The notes under the pieces: generated by a model | Told to the model about the DNA's origin: nothing | Databases searched by the model: none | The model's input: only the letters and a program-made list of their open reading frames with translations | DNA from: Heptranchias perlo | Taxonomy: Eukaryota | Assembly (NCBI RefSeq): GCF_035084215.1 | Contig: NC_090339.1 | Location: 14,818,001-14,882,000, forward strand | Reading direction: 5' to 3' | Length of the DNA: 64,000 nucleotides | Position numbers and translations under genes: made by a program | In this document: positions 25,546 through 36,934 of the stretch, piece by piece | Layout of the letters: each line of letters begins with the position of its first letter | How positions within the stretch are numbered: the first letter of the stretch is position 1

Positions 25546-26514
25546 CAAATTTTGTGGGCGTGTCTTCTCCTCTCACAGACTTTTCAAGCCTTGGCAACTT
25601 AAGGGGCTCAGTGGCTGGGATAATAGCCCACAATTTTTCTTAAAGTTCAAATTCAAACAATTCGAAACCACAGAGCCTATAGTAATTAATTTCGTTAATT
25701 TAATTGGCAGGAACGGCGCTGACCGTTGCCTCCCTGCTCCTAACGATTTCTGGCCCATCGTTTTTTTTAAAAAGAGCACACAGCAATGGTTATATTCGAA
25801 TGATTGAATTATACGCCACAGCATTACACTGCATCAAATATACACCTAACGTTAAACACCAGCGCTGAAAATATTTGACTGGAAAGTGATAAAGGATTTT
25901 TATTGGACTTCAGAAATTGTTAGGGATACTTTAGGCTGATAAACTACCGCACTGGTGAATTCAACGTTTGCCCATTATTATATTAACGATATCGTACGAT
26001 TTATTGTATCTAGCTATAGCGTACAGTTATAATGCATGTATCTGTTGACTTCCTGGCGTAGTTTCCAGTTACCATGCACTTAAATTTATTGCCGATCTCG
26101 TTCAGATACAAGTGAAGACAATATTACGATGACAAAAGTGCTGGTGCGAAGTGTGTGCTAGGGAAGTGAAGCCCTAGAATATACATATACATATACACTG
26201 TGAAGGGGGGAAACGTACTGAGCATTGGTTAGTATCAAATTAGGGACCTAAGTTCCATTTATATCTCATAAGGGGCGGATAAACAAAAACGTAATCAATA
26301 TTCAAAAGGTACCACTTTACCGCTTTGAATTTTCATTACAACCCAACTTGAATTTTAGAAAAATAACCAAAATAATTACAATTCAGACAACTGATGCACC
26401 AATTCTGCTTCACCGAATATATGGTTCAGAAAATAAAGCCACGTACAAATGAATTAACACCCCAAAACGTTAAAATTCACAACGTGCCTAATATGTATTC
26501 TGAGCGTCCCTCAC

Positions 26515-26760
26515 CTTTTCTGTTCTTGGTTCAGCGATGCTGGTCCCTCTACCGAGCTGTCGGTCAGTCGATCTGACTGAGCACATACAGGATGTGACAG
26601 ATCTGTGGGGCTACCCGCTCCTTCTCTGTACTCCTTCTATTTGAACTGTAACCAGTATCGACCTCTCTTGTCAAGCCAAAAGCAATGTTCCTCTTGTTAT
26701 CTACGTAACTGATTACGAAATGTGCTGATCCGTTTGTAAAGTTTACCTCTATCAACTTCC
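26515..26760 (-). promoter_or_regulatory. Candidate non-coding first exon and promoter of IL13RA2 (5' boundary unknown)
   Basis: Strong donor AAG|gtgagg at 26515/26514 in a locally CpG-retaining unique region upstream of the signal-peptide exon, which has its own acceptor. Confidence 0.4.
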
Positions 26761-27182
26761 GTGGCTCAACTGTACACCGTGTATCTTTTTCTCTCCCTCT
26801 CCCCCTTCCATCTCTGAAGGCAGTGATTCATTAGAGGCAGCAGCTTCCGCTGCCTTGCCCATCTTTATGTAAGTGAGCAGCTGCAGGCTATTCGATAATG
26901 CAGGTACAGCACCAACGCTGGGAAACCCCGATTACATTCTATCAATATACACCGAACTGAATGCCAGCACCGCAAATATTTGACTGGAAAGTATTAAAGG
27001 ATCACTGAATCAGAACCAGGGTAGGCACACCCCTGGTGATTTTATCCTTCTCTCTTTCACACGTCTTCTGTTCCCCCGCCCAGGATATTGATTGCATTGT
27101 AGTGTCCCCTCGCTGCCTTGGTTAAGATCTTTGTAAACAATTTTACAACACCAAGTTATAGTCCAACAATTTTATTTTAAAT

Positions 27183-27221
27183 TCCACAAGCTTTCAGAGG
27201 CTTCCTCCTTCCTCAGGTGAA
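27183..27221 (-). ncRNA. Minimal type I hammerhead ribozyme motif (left PLE arm)
   Basis: TTCAC-CTGAGGA-A-GGAGG/AAG/CCTCT-GAAA-GC-TT-GTGGA on the minus strand. Confidence 0.65.
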
Positions 27222-28575
27222 CGGTGTGGAAATGACATTTTCGAATCCTTCGCATTTTAAGATCACAGAACAAAGCCTGGTGATTACTGCCCGTTGCCAA
27301 GGCAATCACAGTGAGCAGACAGAAAGGTGTCACCTAAAAGGCCACCGAATATACAAACCCCCCAAAAAAAAAAGAGAGAGAGAGAAGGAAGACAGTCAAT
27401 GGCCCGTTATAGTAAAAACAGATAACATTTGTTTGCTGGTGGGGTTACGTGCAGCGTGACATGAACCCAAGATCCCGGTTGAGGCCGTCCTCATGGGTGC
27501 GGAACTTGGCTATCAATTTCTGCTCGACGATTTTGCGTTGTCGTGTGTCTCGAAAGCCGCCTTGGAGTATGCTTACCCGAAGGTCGGTGGCTGAATGTCC
27601 ATGACTGCTGAAGTGTTCCCCGACAGGGAGAGAACCCTCCTGTTTGGCGATTGTTGCGCGGTGTCCGTTCATCCGTTGTCACAGCGTCTGCATGGTCTCG
27701 CCAATGTACCATGCTCTGGGGCATCCTTTCCTGCAACGTATGAGGTAGACAACGTTGGCCGAGTCACAGGAGTATGAACCGTGCACCTGGTGGGTGGTGT
27801 CCTCTCGTGTGATGGTGGTATCTGTGTCGATGATCTGGCATGTCTTGCAGAGGTTACCGTGGCAGGGTTGTGTGGTGTCATGGACGCTGTTCTCCTGAAT
27901 GCTGGGTAATTTGCTGCGAACGATGGTTTGTTTGAGGTTGGGTGGCTGTTTAAAGGCGAGTAGTGGAGGTGTGGGGATGGCCATAGCGAGGTGTTCGTCA
28001 TCATTGATGACATGTTGAAGGCTGCGGAGAACATGGCGTAGTTTCTCCGCTCCGGGGAAGTACTGGACGATGAAGGGTACTCTGTTGGTTGCGTCCCGTG
28101 TTAGTCTTCTGAGGAGGTCTACGCGATTTTTCGCTGTGGCCCGTCGGAACTGTCGATCGATGAGTCGAGCATCATATCCCGTTCTTACTAGGGCGTCTTT
28201 CAGCGTCTGTAGGTGTCCATCGCGTTCCTCCTTGTCTGAGCAGACCCTGTGTATTCGCAGGGCCTGTCCATAAGGGATGGCCTCTATCGATGGACACCTA
28301 CACCAACAATCGATGGACACCTACAGACGCTGAAAGACGCCCTAGTAAGAACGGGATATGATGCTCGACTCATCGATCGACAGTTCCGACGGGCCACAGC
28401 GAAAAATCGCGTAGACCTCCTCAGAAGACTAACACGGGACGCAACCAACAGAGTACCCTTCATCGTCCAGTACTTCCCCGGAGCGGAGAAACTACGCCAT
28501 GTTCTCCGCAGCCTTCAACATGTCATCAATGATGACGAACACCTCGCTATGGCCATCCCCACACCTCCACTACTC

Positions 28576-28775
28576 ATAAGAACATAAGAAATAGGAGCAG
28601 GAGTAGGCCTATCGGCCCCTCGAGCCTGCTCCGCCATTCAATAAGATCATGGCTGATCTGGTCCTAACCTCAAATCTAAAATCATGTCCAATTTCCTGCC
28701 CGCTCCCCGTAACCCCTAATTCCCTTTACTTCTAGGAAACTGTCTATTTCTGTTTTAAATTAATTTAATGATGTA
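28576..28775 (-). mobile_element. 200-bp CR1 3' end inserted in the right PLE arm
   Basis: Reverse complement is nearly identical to 13598-13799; absent from the left arm; ctc|gcc is restored on removal. Confidence 0.92.
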
Positions 28776-29512
28776 GCCTTTAAACAGCCACCCAACCTCA
28801 AACAAACCATCGTTCGCAGCAAATTACCCAGCATTCAGGAGAACAGCATCCACGACACCACACAACCCTGCCATGGTAACCTCTGCAAGACATGCCGAAT
28901 CATCGACACAGATACCACCATCACACGAGAGGACACCACCCACCAGGTGCACGGTTCATACTCCTGTGACTCGGCCAACGTTGTCTACCTCATACGTTGC
29001 AGGAAAGGATGCCCCAGAGCATGGTACATTGGCGAGACCATGCAGACGCTGCGACAACGGATGAACGGACACCGCGCAACAATTGCCAAACAGGAGGGTT
29101 CTCTCCCTGTCGGGGAACACTTCAGCAGTCATGGACATTCAGCCACCGACCTTCGGGTAAGCATACTCCAAGGCGGCTTTCGAGACACACGACAACGCAA
29201 AATCGTCGAGCAGAAATTGATAGCCAAGTTCCGCACCCATGAGGACGGCCTCAACCGGGATCTTGGGTTCATGTCACACTACACGTAACCCCACCAGCGA
29301 ACAAATGTTATCTGTTTTTACTATAACGGGCCATTGACTGTCTTCCTTCTCTCTCTCTCTCTTTTTTTTGGGGGGGTTTGTATATTCGGTGGCCTTTTAG
29401 GTGACACCTTTCTGTCTGCTCACTGTGATTGCCTTGGCAACGGGCAGTAATCACCAGGCATTGTTCTGTGATTTTCAAATGCGAAGGATTCGAAAATGTC
29501 ATTTCCACACCG

Positions 29513-29551
29513 TTCACCTGAGGAAGGAGGAAGCCTCCGAAAGCTTGTGGA
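29513..29551 (+). ncRNA. Minimal type I hammerhead ribozyme motif (right PLE arm)
   Basis: Stem I TTCAC/GTGGA; core CTGAGGA...GAAA; stem II GGAGG-AAG-CCTCC; palindromic AAGCTT in place of helix III. Confidence 0.7.
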
Positions 29552-29819
29552 ATTTAAAATAAATTTGTTGGACTATAACTTGGTGTTGTAAAATTGTTTA
29601 CAATTTTCAACCCCAGTCCATCACTGGCATCTCCACATCTTGGTTAAGATCAGTTAACTCTGTGCAGACCAGAGATTGCATTTGAGACTTTCCTAATCTT
29701 GGTATCAAAGCAGGTGGTGCTGATTGAGCCATCAAGAAGACACTCTTTAAAATTTCAAATTGTAGTTGACAATTTTGGTGCGAAGATCTTTTCAAAAGTA
29801 TTAGACACACCTTGATTTA

Positions 29820-30278
29820 TATAGGATTACATAGAATGTACATCACAGAAACAGGCCATTCAGCCCAACAGGTCCATGCCGGTGTTTATGCTCCACAGGA
29901 GCCTCCTCCCTCCCTACTTCATCTAACCTTATCTGCATATCCCTCTATTCTTTTCTCCCTCATGTGTTTATCTAGCTTCCCCTTAAATGCATCTATGCTA
30001 TTCGCCTCAACTACTCCTTGTGGTAGGGAGTTCTACATTCTAACCACTCTCTGGGTAAAGAAGTTTCTCCTAAATTCCCAATTGGATTTATTAATGACTA
30101 TCTTATATTTATGGCCCGTAGTTCTGGTCTCCCCTGCAAGTGGAAACATCGTCTCTACATCTACCCTATCAAACCCTTTCATAATCTTAAAGTCCTCTAT
30201 CAGGTCACCCCTCAGCCTTCTTTTTTCTAGAGAAAAGAGCTCCAGCCTGCTCAATCTTTCCTGATAGGTATAACCTTG
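29820..30278 (-). mobile_element. CR1 3' fragment
   Basis: LELFSLEKRRLRGDLIE...RNFFTQRVV. Confidence 0.85.
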
Positions 30279-30816
30279 CGGAGGCTGAACTCTCCGACAC
30301 CTCCACCTACCTCCCCCTGGACCATGACCCCACTGCCGAACATCAAGCCATAGTTTCCTGGACCATCACTGATCTCATCTCCTCTGGAGATCTTCCCCTC
30401 ACGACCTCCAACCTCTTAGTCCCCCAACCCAACACAGCTCGCTTCTACCTCCTTCCCAAGATCCACAAGCAGGACTGCCTCGGGAGACCCATCATTTCAG
30501 CCTGTTCTTGCCCCACAGAACTTATTTCTTCCTATCTCGACTCTTTTTTCTCCCCTTGTCCAGTCTCTTCCGACGCTCTCCGCTACTTTAACAGTTTCCA
30601 GTTCCCCGGCCCTAACCATCTCCTTTTCACCATGGCTGCCTAGTCCCTCTACACCTCCATCCCCTACCAGGACAGCCTGCTGGCCCTCCGCTTCTTCCTT
30701 GAATGGAGGCCCAACCAGTCCCTATCCACCACCACTCTCCTCCGCCTGGCTGAACTTGTTCTTATGTTGAACAATTTCTCCTTTGACTTGACTCACTTCC
30801 TCCAAATAAAAAGAGT

Positions 30817-31448
30817 CACAGGTAGATAGGGTGGTTAAGAAGGCATATGGAATACTTTCCTTTATTAGCCGAGGCATAGAATATATGAGCAGGGAGGTTA
30901 TGCTGGAACTGTATAAAACACTGGTTGGGCCACAGAGAGAGTACAGAGGAGATTTACGAGGATGTTGCCAGGACTGGAGAATTTTAGCTATGTGGAAAGA
31001 TTGGATAGGCTGGGGTTGTTTTCTTTGGAACAAAGGAGGCTGAGGAGTGATTTAATTGAGGTGTACAAAATTATGAGGGGCCCAGATAGAGTGGATAGGA
31101 AGGACCTATTTCCCTTAGCAGAGAGGTCAATAAACAGGGGGGCATGGATTTAAAGTGATTGGTAGAAGGATTAGAGGGGAGCTGAGGAAAAAAAATTTCA
31201 CCCAGAGGGTGGTGGGGGTCTGGAATTCACTGCCTGAAAGGGTGGTAGAGGCAGAAACCCTCAACTCATTTAAAAAGTACCTGGATGTGCACCTGAAGTG
31301 CCGTAACCTACAGGGCTACAGACCAAGTGCTGGAAAGTGGGATTAGGCTGGGTGGCTCATTTTTGCCCGGCATGGACATGATGGGCTGAATGGCCTCTTT
31401 CTGTGCCGTGGCCTCTTTCTGTGCCGTAAATTTTCTATGATTCTATGA
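30817..31448 (+). mobile_element. CR1 3' fragment nested in the Penelope element
   Basis: VKKAYGILSFISRGIEY, RLDRLGLFSLEQRRL; (TTCTATGA)n tail. Confidence 0.88.
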
Positions 31449-32807
31449 CTATGGAACCAGTATGGGTCCTAGCCATGCCTGCCTTTTTGTGGGATACGTG
31501 GAACATTCTTTGTCCTACTCAGGTCCCCTCCTTCACCTCTTTTTCCAGTACATTGATGACTGTATCGGTGCCGTTTCCTGCTCTAGCCCCGAACTGGAAA
31601 ATTTCATCAACTTTGCTTCCAATTTCCACCCTTCCCTCGCCTTCACATGGTCCATCTTCTCTTCCTCAACTTCTCTGTCTCTATTTCTGGGGATAGGCTG
31701 TCAACCAATATCTACTATAAGCCCACCGACTCACACAGCTACTTTGATTACACTTCCTCCCACCCCGCTTCCTGGAAGGACTCTATTCCCTTCTCCCAAT
31801 TTCTCCGTCTCAGTCGCATCGATTCCGATGATGCCACCTTTCACACCAGTGCTTCCGATATGTCTTCCTTTTTCCTCAACTGACAATTCCCCTCACATGT
31901 TGTTGACAGGGCCCTCGGCCGTGTCCGTCCCATTTCCTGCCCTTCTGCCCTCACTCCTTCCTCTTCCTCCCAGAACCACGACAGGGTCCCCCATGTCCTC
32001 ACCTTTCACCCTACCAGCCTCCACAATCAACGTATCCGCCATCTCCACTGCGATGCCACCACCAAACACATCTTCCTCTCCCCTTCCCTTTCAGCATTCC
32101 GAAGGGACTGCTCCCTCCGCAACATCCTGGTCCACTCTTCCATCATCCCCAACACCTTCCCGTGCGAGCACAGGAGATGCAACACCTGCCCTTTCACCTC
32201 CTCTCTTCCCACCGTCCAGGGCCCCAAACACTCCTTCAAGGTGAAACAGCGATTTTCTTGTACTTCTTTCAATTTAGTATAGTGTATTCGCTGCTCACAA
32301 TGCAGTCCTATACATTGTGTAGATTGGGTGATTGCTTTGCTGAACACCTCCGCTCAGTCCGCAAGCATAACCCTGATCTGCCGGTTGCTTGCCATCTTAA
32401 TTCCATCCCACTCCCAATCTGACCTCTCTGTCCTCGGCCTCTTGCACTGTTCCAATGAAGCTCAACGAAAGCTCGAGGAACAGCACCTCATCTTTCAATT
32501 AGGCACTTTACAACCTTCTGCACTCAACATTGATTTCAGTAACTTCAGATCATAACCACTGTTCCCATTTTTTCGGACAGCAAGTGCTGGTAATGGTTCT
32601 GATATTGCCATTTACAGCTCCTCTAGACCCATCTTTTGTTTCTTTACTAGTCCTATTACCACCCTCCTTGCCTTGCACCATCATCTCTTCGGTCATTTAA
32701 TCACTCCTGCCCTCTACCCAATCAGACACCTTCCCTTTTGTTCTTTCCTCCCCTCCCCTCCTTTCCCTGGCTCTTGCTTAAAAACTGTTTAATCTTCAAC
32801 TTCTTCT

Positions 32808-32844
32808 AGTTCTGATGAAAGGTCATGGACCTGAAACGTTAACT
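32808..32844 (+). ncRNA. Minimal type I hammerhead ribozyme motif in the second PLE
   Basis: AGTT-CTGATGA-A-AGGTC/ATG/GACCT-GAAA-CG-TT-AACT; palindromic AACGTT. Confidence 0.72.
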
Positions 32845-33249
32845 CTTTCTTTCTCCACAGATGTTGCCTGCCTTGCTGAGTATTTCCAGCATTTTCTGTT
32901 TTTATTTCAGATTTCCAGCATCCGCAGTATTTTGCTTTTGATAACCTCAATTTTGGTATCATCCTAATAAATCTTTTGTGCACCTTCTCCAGTGCCTCTG
33001 TATCCTTTTTATAATATGGAGACCAGAACGGATTTAAACAATTCCCTGAAATATACATACATAATAAAATATCCACCATAAAACTATAACCTCCTATAGG
33101 CTAGTGGTTCGCAATCTCCATCCCCAGCCATCAACACACAGCAAATAAACTTCTATCCAATCTCTGGTCTTATCTTTTGTATTTTTATTTGGGCTAACAT
33201 TGTCTAACATTTACTTAAAGGTACACTATCATTTCCAAGGCCAAGTCAC

Positions 33250-33422
33250 TAAATATATTTAAGGAGATAGATAGATTTCTAGACATAGAAGGCATCAAGG
33301 GGTATGGGGAGAGAGCGGGAATATGGTATTGAGATAGAGGATCAGCCATGATCACATTGAATGGCGGAGCAGGCTCGAAGGACCGAATGGCCTACTCCTG
33401 CTCCTATTTTCTATGTTTCCTA
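33250..33422 (+). mobile_element. CR1 3' end
   Basis: gatcagccatgatcacattgaatggcggagcaggctcgaagg...cctactcctgctcctatttt. Confidence 0.8.
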
Positions 33423-33924
33423 TTTGTCCACATGCTGTTTGCTGTGGTGTGCCACATCTAGTTAAAATATTATGTGTGTTTTTTTAAAAACTTCGTAGAA
33501 GTTAAATGAATGACTAATTAAAATAAATCCAGTTCATCTGAAATTTAAATTCATTTTTCATCTATTCATACCTAGACTCATAATGGGAAATCCAATTGTT
33601 AAAAAAAGTGGCATGTCACTTTTGCAAATTGTAGCCCTACAGCAATGTTATTAAAGTACAAAAGAAATTAAAACATTATTAAAAGGGTTTCGGCAGTTCT
33701 GAGCATGTTAACTAAAACAGTGTAAGCAGTAGCAGCGAGCAATATATCAAGCCCTTGGTGGCAATTTTTTTTGAACGTTTATCTTACCCAAACAGTTCAG
33801 GCTAACTTACAGATATAATATAAAGTATAGGAGGAGGGATTATATAAAAACAATGTCCACAAGTGGCCTGAGCGCCACCATAGTAATGCTGGGTCTGGAA
33901 TGAGTTGAGGTAATACCACCGATT

Positions 33925-34025
33925 GAAATATGGCTCTTACCTTGGATGCAAAGAAGGTATCTGACAGGGTTAAATGGAAATATCTGTGGCGTATCCGGAA
34001 ATTGTTGGTATATGGGTGGAGTATC
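33925..34025 (+). mobile_element. Ancient L1/Tx1-clade RT fragment
   Basis: DAKKVSDRVKWKYLW resembles L1-clade DAEKAFDRVEWxYL. Confidence 0.5.
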
Positions 34026-34609
34026 TGCTCCACAGCGTCAGGTACATCAAATGCCATTATCTTTTGAGTTAAAACATGTTACTAGATTATTGTCCTTGTA
34101 CTGGCTCTCGAAGAATAGGGATAAACCTCAAAGCTAACTCAGGGGTTTAAAATCTCAGGAACCGAGCTGACAAACAGAGCTCACATTTTACATTATGTTT
34201 CTTTTAAACTGAATTTTCAAGAGTTTACCTTCACATATATAACTTTATTTTGTGTCAAAGCTGTGCAAATGCTGGGAATGTTGGATGCTTAATAGGCTGA
34301 AGCAAATCGCTGGGATTTAGCTGGGCAAAACATATAAAAGGGACATGTTTGACTTGGGTTTGGTGGTTGGGGGGAGGGGAGACAAGGGGCAGTGGGCAGT
34401 CACCATCCATGACTGGCTTTCAGCACATAACCGTTATTGACATTTTCCCTTCTGTGCTGGTCTGATTTTTCTGGTTGGGAGAAACCACCTTGTATTTTCC
34501 CAGTTCTGGACAGAGGCTGGCTATCACTCATTCTGATTGGAGTATGCCCCATAGTTACATATTTGTTGCAGGGAGGGCTATGTTCTGCCACAATGTGGGG
34601 TGCTATATT

Positions 34610-34900
34610 GTTAGAGATGCCGTCTTTGAGATAAGAAGTTAAAATGAGGTCCCATCTGCTTGATCGGACAGACTTAGAAAATTCTGCAATTCTGTTCAAG
34701 CAGCAAGTCGAGTTCTCCCAATGTCTTGGCCAACATTCCTATCTCAATCAACATCACACAAAAAAAATTAACTGGTCATTCATCTTATTTACTGCTTGTG
34801 GGACCCTGCTGTGTGCAATTGGCTGCCATGGTTACCTACATAACAGTGACTGTACTCTAAAAGGTAATGGATTGGTTGTGAAGTACTTTGCTGTCCCGAT
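34610..34900 (+). mobile_element. Decayed Deu-domain SINE
   Basis: gatgccgtctttgagataagaagttaaaatgaggtccc...gtgggaccctgctgtgtgcaattggctgcc. Confidence 0.6.
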
Positions 34901-34914
34901 TAGGCTATATCAAA

Positions 34915-36325
34915 ATAACCCACCCTTGACCCCTCTGTCCTTGCAAACGACCGCCCCATCTCCAACCTCCTTCTCCTCTCCGAAGTCCTTGAACATGTCG
35001 TCTCCCAAATCTGTGCCAATCTTTCCCGTAACTCCATGTTTGAATCCCTCCAATCAGGTTTCTGCCACAGCACTGAAATGGCCCTTATCAAAGTCACAAT
35101 TGACATCCTGTGCAACTGTGACCGTGGTAAATTATCCCTCCTCATCCTTCTCGACCTGTCTGCAGCCTTTGACATGGTTGACCACACCATCCTCCTCCAT
35201 CGTCTTTCCTCCGTTGTCCAGCTGCGTGGGACTGCCCTCGTCTGGTTCTATTCCTATCTATCCAGTCATAGCCAGAGAATCAACTGCTTCTCTTCCTGCT
35301 CCCGCACCAGTACCCTGGAGTCCCTCAAGGATCTATCCTTGGCCCCCTCCTAATTCTCATCTACATACTGCCCCTCAGCAACATCATCTGAAAACATGTC
35401 AGGCACCACATATACGCTGACACCACCTGGTTCTACCACCTCACGACCATCTCTCTCGATCCCTCCACTGTCTCTCATTTGCCACGCTGCTCGTCCAACA
35501 TCCAGTACTGGATGAGCAGAAATTTCCTCCAATTAAATGTTAGGAAGACCAAAGCTATTGTCTTCAGTCCCCAGCACAAACTCCATCACTCTCTCTGGCC
35601 ACCGTCTGAGGCTGAACCAGGCCCTTCGTAAACTTGGTGTCCTATTTGACCCTAAGCTGAGCTTCCGACCCCATATCCTCTCCAATACCAAGACTGACGA
35701 CTTCCACCTCTGTAACAGCGCCCTTCATCACCCCTGCCTTAGCTCATCTGCTGCTGAAATCCTCTTCCATGCCTTTGTTACCTCTAGACTTGGCTATTCC
35801 AACGCTCTCCTGGCCTGCCTCCCACCTTACACCCTCCGTAAACTTGAGCTCATCCAAAACACTGCTGCCTGAATTGTAACTCGTGCCAAGTCCCGTTCAC
35901 TCATCAGCCCTATACTCGCTGACCTACATTCGCTCCCAGTCCGATGTCTCGATTTTAACTCTCATCCTTGTTTACAAATCGCTCCATGGCCTCGCCCTCC
36001 CTATCTCTGTAACCTCTGCCAGACCTACAACCCTCCGAGATCTCTACGCTCCTCAAATTCTAGCCTCTTGTGCATCCCCGATTTTAATCGCTCCACCATT
36101 GGCGACTATGCCTTCAGCTGCCTAGGCCCTAAGGTCTGGAATTCCCTCCTTAAACCTCTCGGCCTCTCTCTCCTCCTTTAAGATGCTCCTTAAAACCTCT
36201 TTGACCAAGATGCTAATATTTCTATGTGGCTTGGTGGTGAATTATGTTTGATAACACGCCTGTGAAGCACTATGGGACATTTTACGACGTTAAAAGGTAT
36301 TATATAAATGCAAGTAGTTGTTGTT
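34915..36325 (+). mobile_element. L2-clade LINE 3' part (RT)
   Basis: QSGFCHSTEMALIKVTIDILC...LILLDLSAAFDMVDHTILL; HAFVTSRLGYSNALL; ends tatataaatgcaagtagttgttgttg. Confidence 0.9.
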
Positions 36326-36339
36326 GAACTTCTCTAAAC

Positions 36340-36930
36340 AGGGTGTTAAGCCAGGTAGGTGAATCTTTCCACAGCCAAAGCATGTGATCACCAATAATGA
36401 TGTTTGGTGGAGTGTATTCCTTGCCCAAGGTTAGTTGGAAGAGCACCAGCGTCTTTTTAAGGCTGATTGTCATGTTAAATTGCAGGCAAGCTATTGCAAG
36501 GTGCTTCATAACTGGTTGCATGGCATCCTGGGAGTGGGCCACAACAGCTGTCATCAACAAATAAGACTTCAGAAACAAGTTCTTCCAGCACTTTGTTTTA
36601 GCTTGTAGTCTTTTCAGGTTGAAGAGCTGCCCATCAGTCCTGAATCTGATCTTGACTCCGATTTTGAGATTATTGAAAGCCACAAGAAGCATAGCAGCAA
36701 AAACACTGAAGCGTGATGGTGCAAGGGCATATCCTTGCTTAACGCAGTTTATAATGTGGCATTGTCCCTAACTGCCATCACTCGAGCAATCATGGAATTG
36801 TTTGACAATTTCAGTGGGACACCCAAAATTTGGAGAGTATTTTCCAGCGACCTCCTCCACTGACAGTGTCAAATGCCTGTGCCAAAGACATAACAGATGT
36901 CCACAATTTGCTCTCCACATTTTTCTTGGA
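36340..36930 (-). mobile_element. RTE-clade (BovB-like) LINE RT fragment
   Basis: GVKIRFRTDGQLFNLKRLQAKTK and VKQGYALAP; FGCPTEIVK-like upstream motif. Confidence 0.7.
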
Positions 36931-36934
36931 TCAT

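Larger units (their letters stand above)
24064..25756. mobile_element. Probable Harbinger-type MITE (family of 9074-9869) with TSD ATC, disrupted by nested CR1-tail, SINE and L2 pieces
   Basis: Left TIR GGGGCAGAAATTGCT, right rc GGGCCAGAAATCGTT; atc at 24061-24063 and 25757-25759. Confidence 0.55.
27130..29638. mobile_element. Penelope-like retroelement (GIY-YIG endonuclease type): two inverted 3' arms plus a unique ~35-nt tail; 13-bp TSD CTTGGTTAAGATC
   Basis: SANVVYLIRCRKGCPRAWYIGET...RMNGHR on both strands; TSD at 27117-27129 and 29639-29651; arms ~27131-28282 (-) and 28311-29603 (+). Confidence 0.95.
30279..32940 (+). mobile_element. Second, decayed Penelope-like element (RT, GIY-YIG and 3' pseudo-LTR), interrupted by a CR1 at ~30817-31448
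   Basis: FYLLPKIHK, RPIISACSCPTE, MGPSHACLFVGYVE, FQYIDDCIG, NIYYKPTDSHSY, IPFSQFLRL and RKLEEQHLIFQLGTLQP motifs. Confidence 0.9.
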
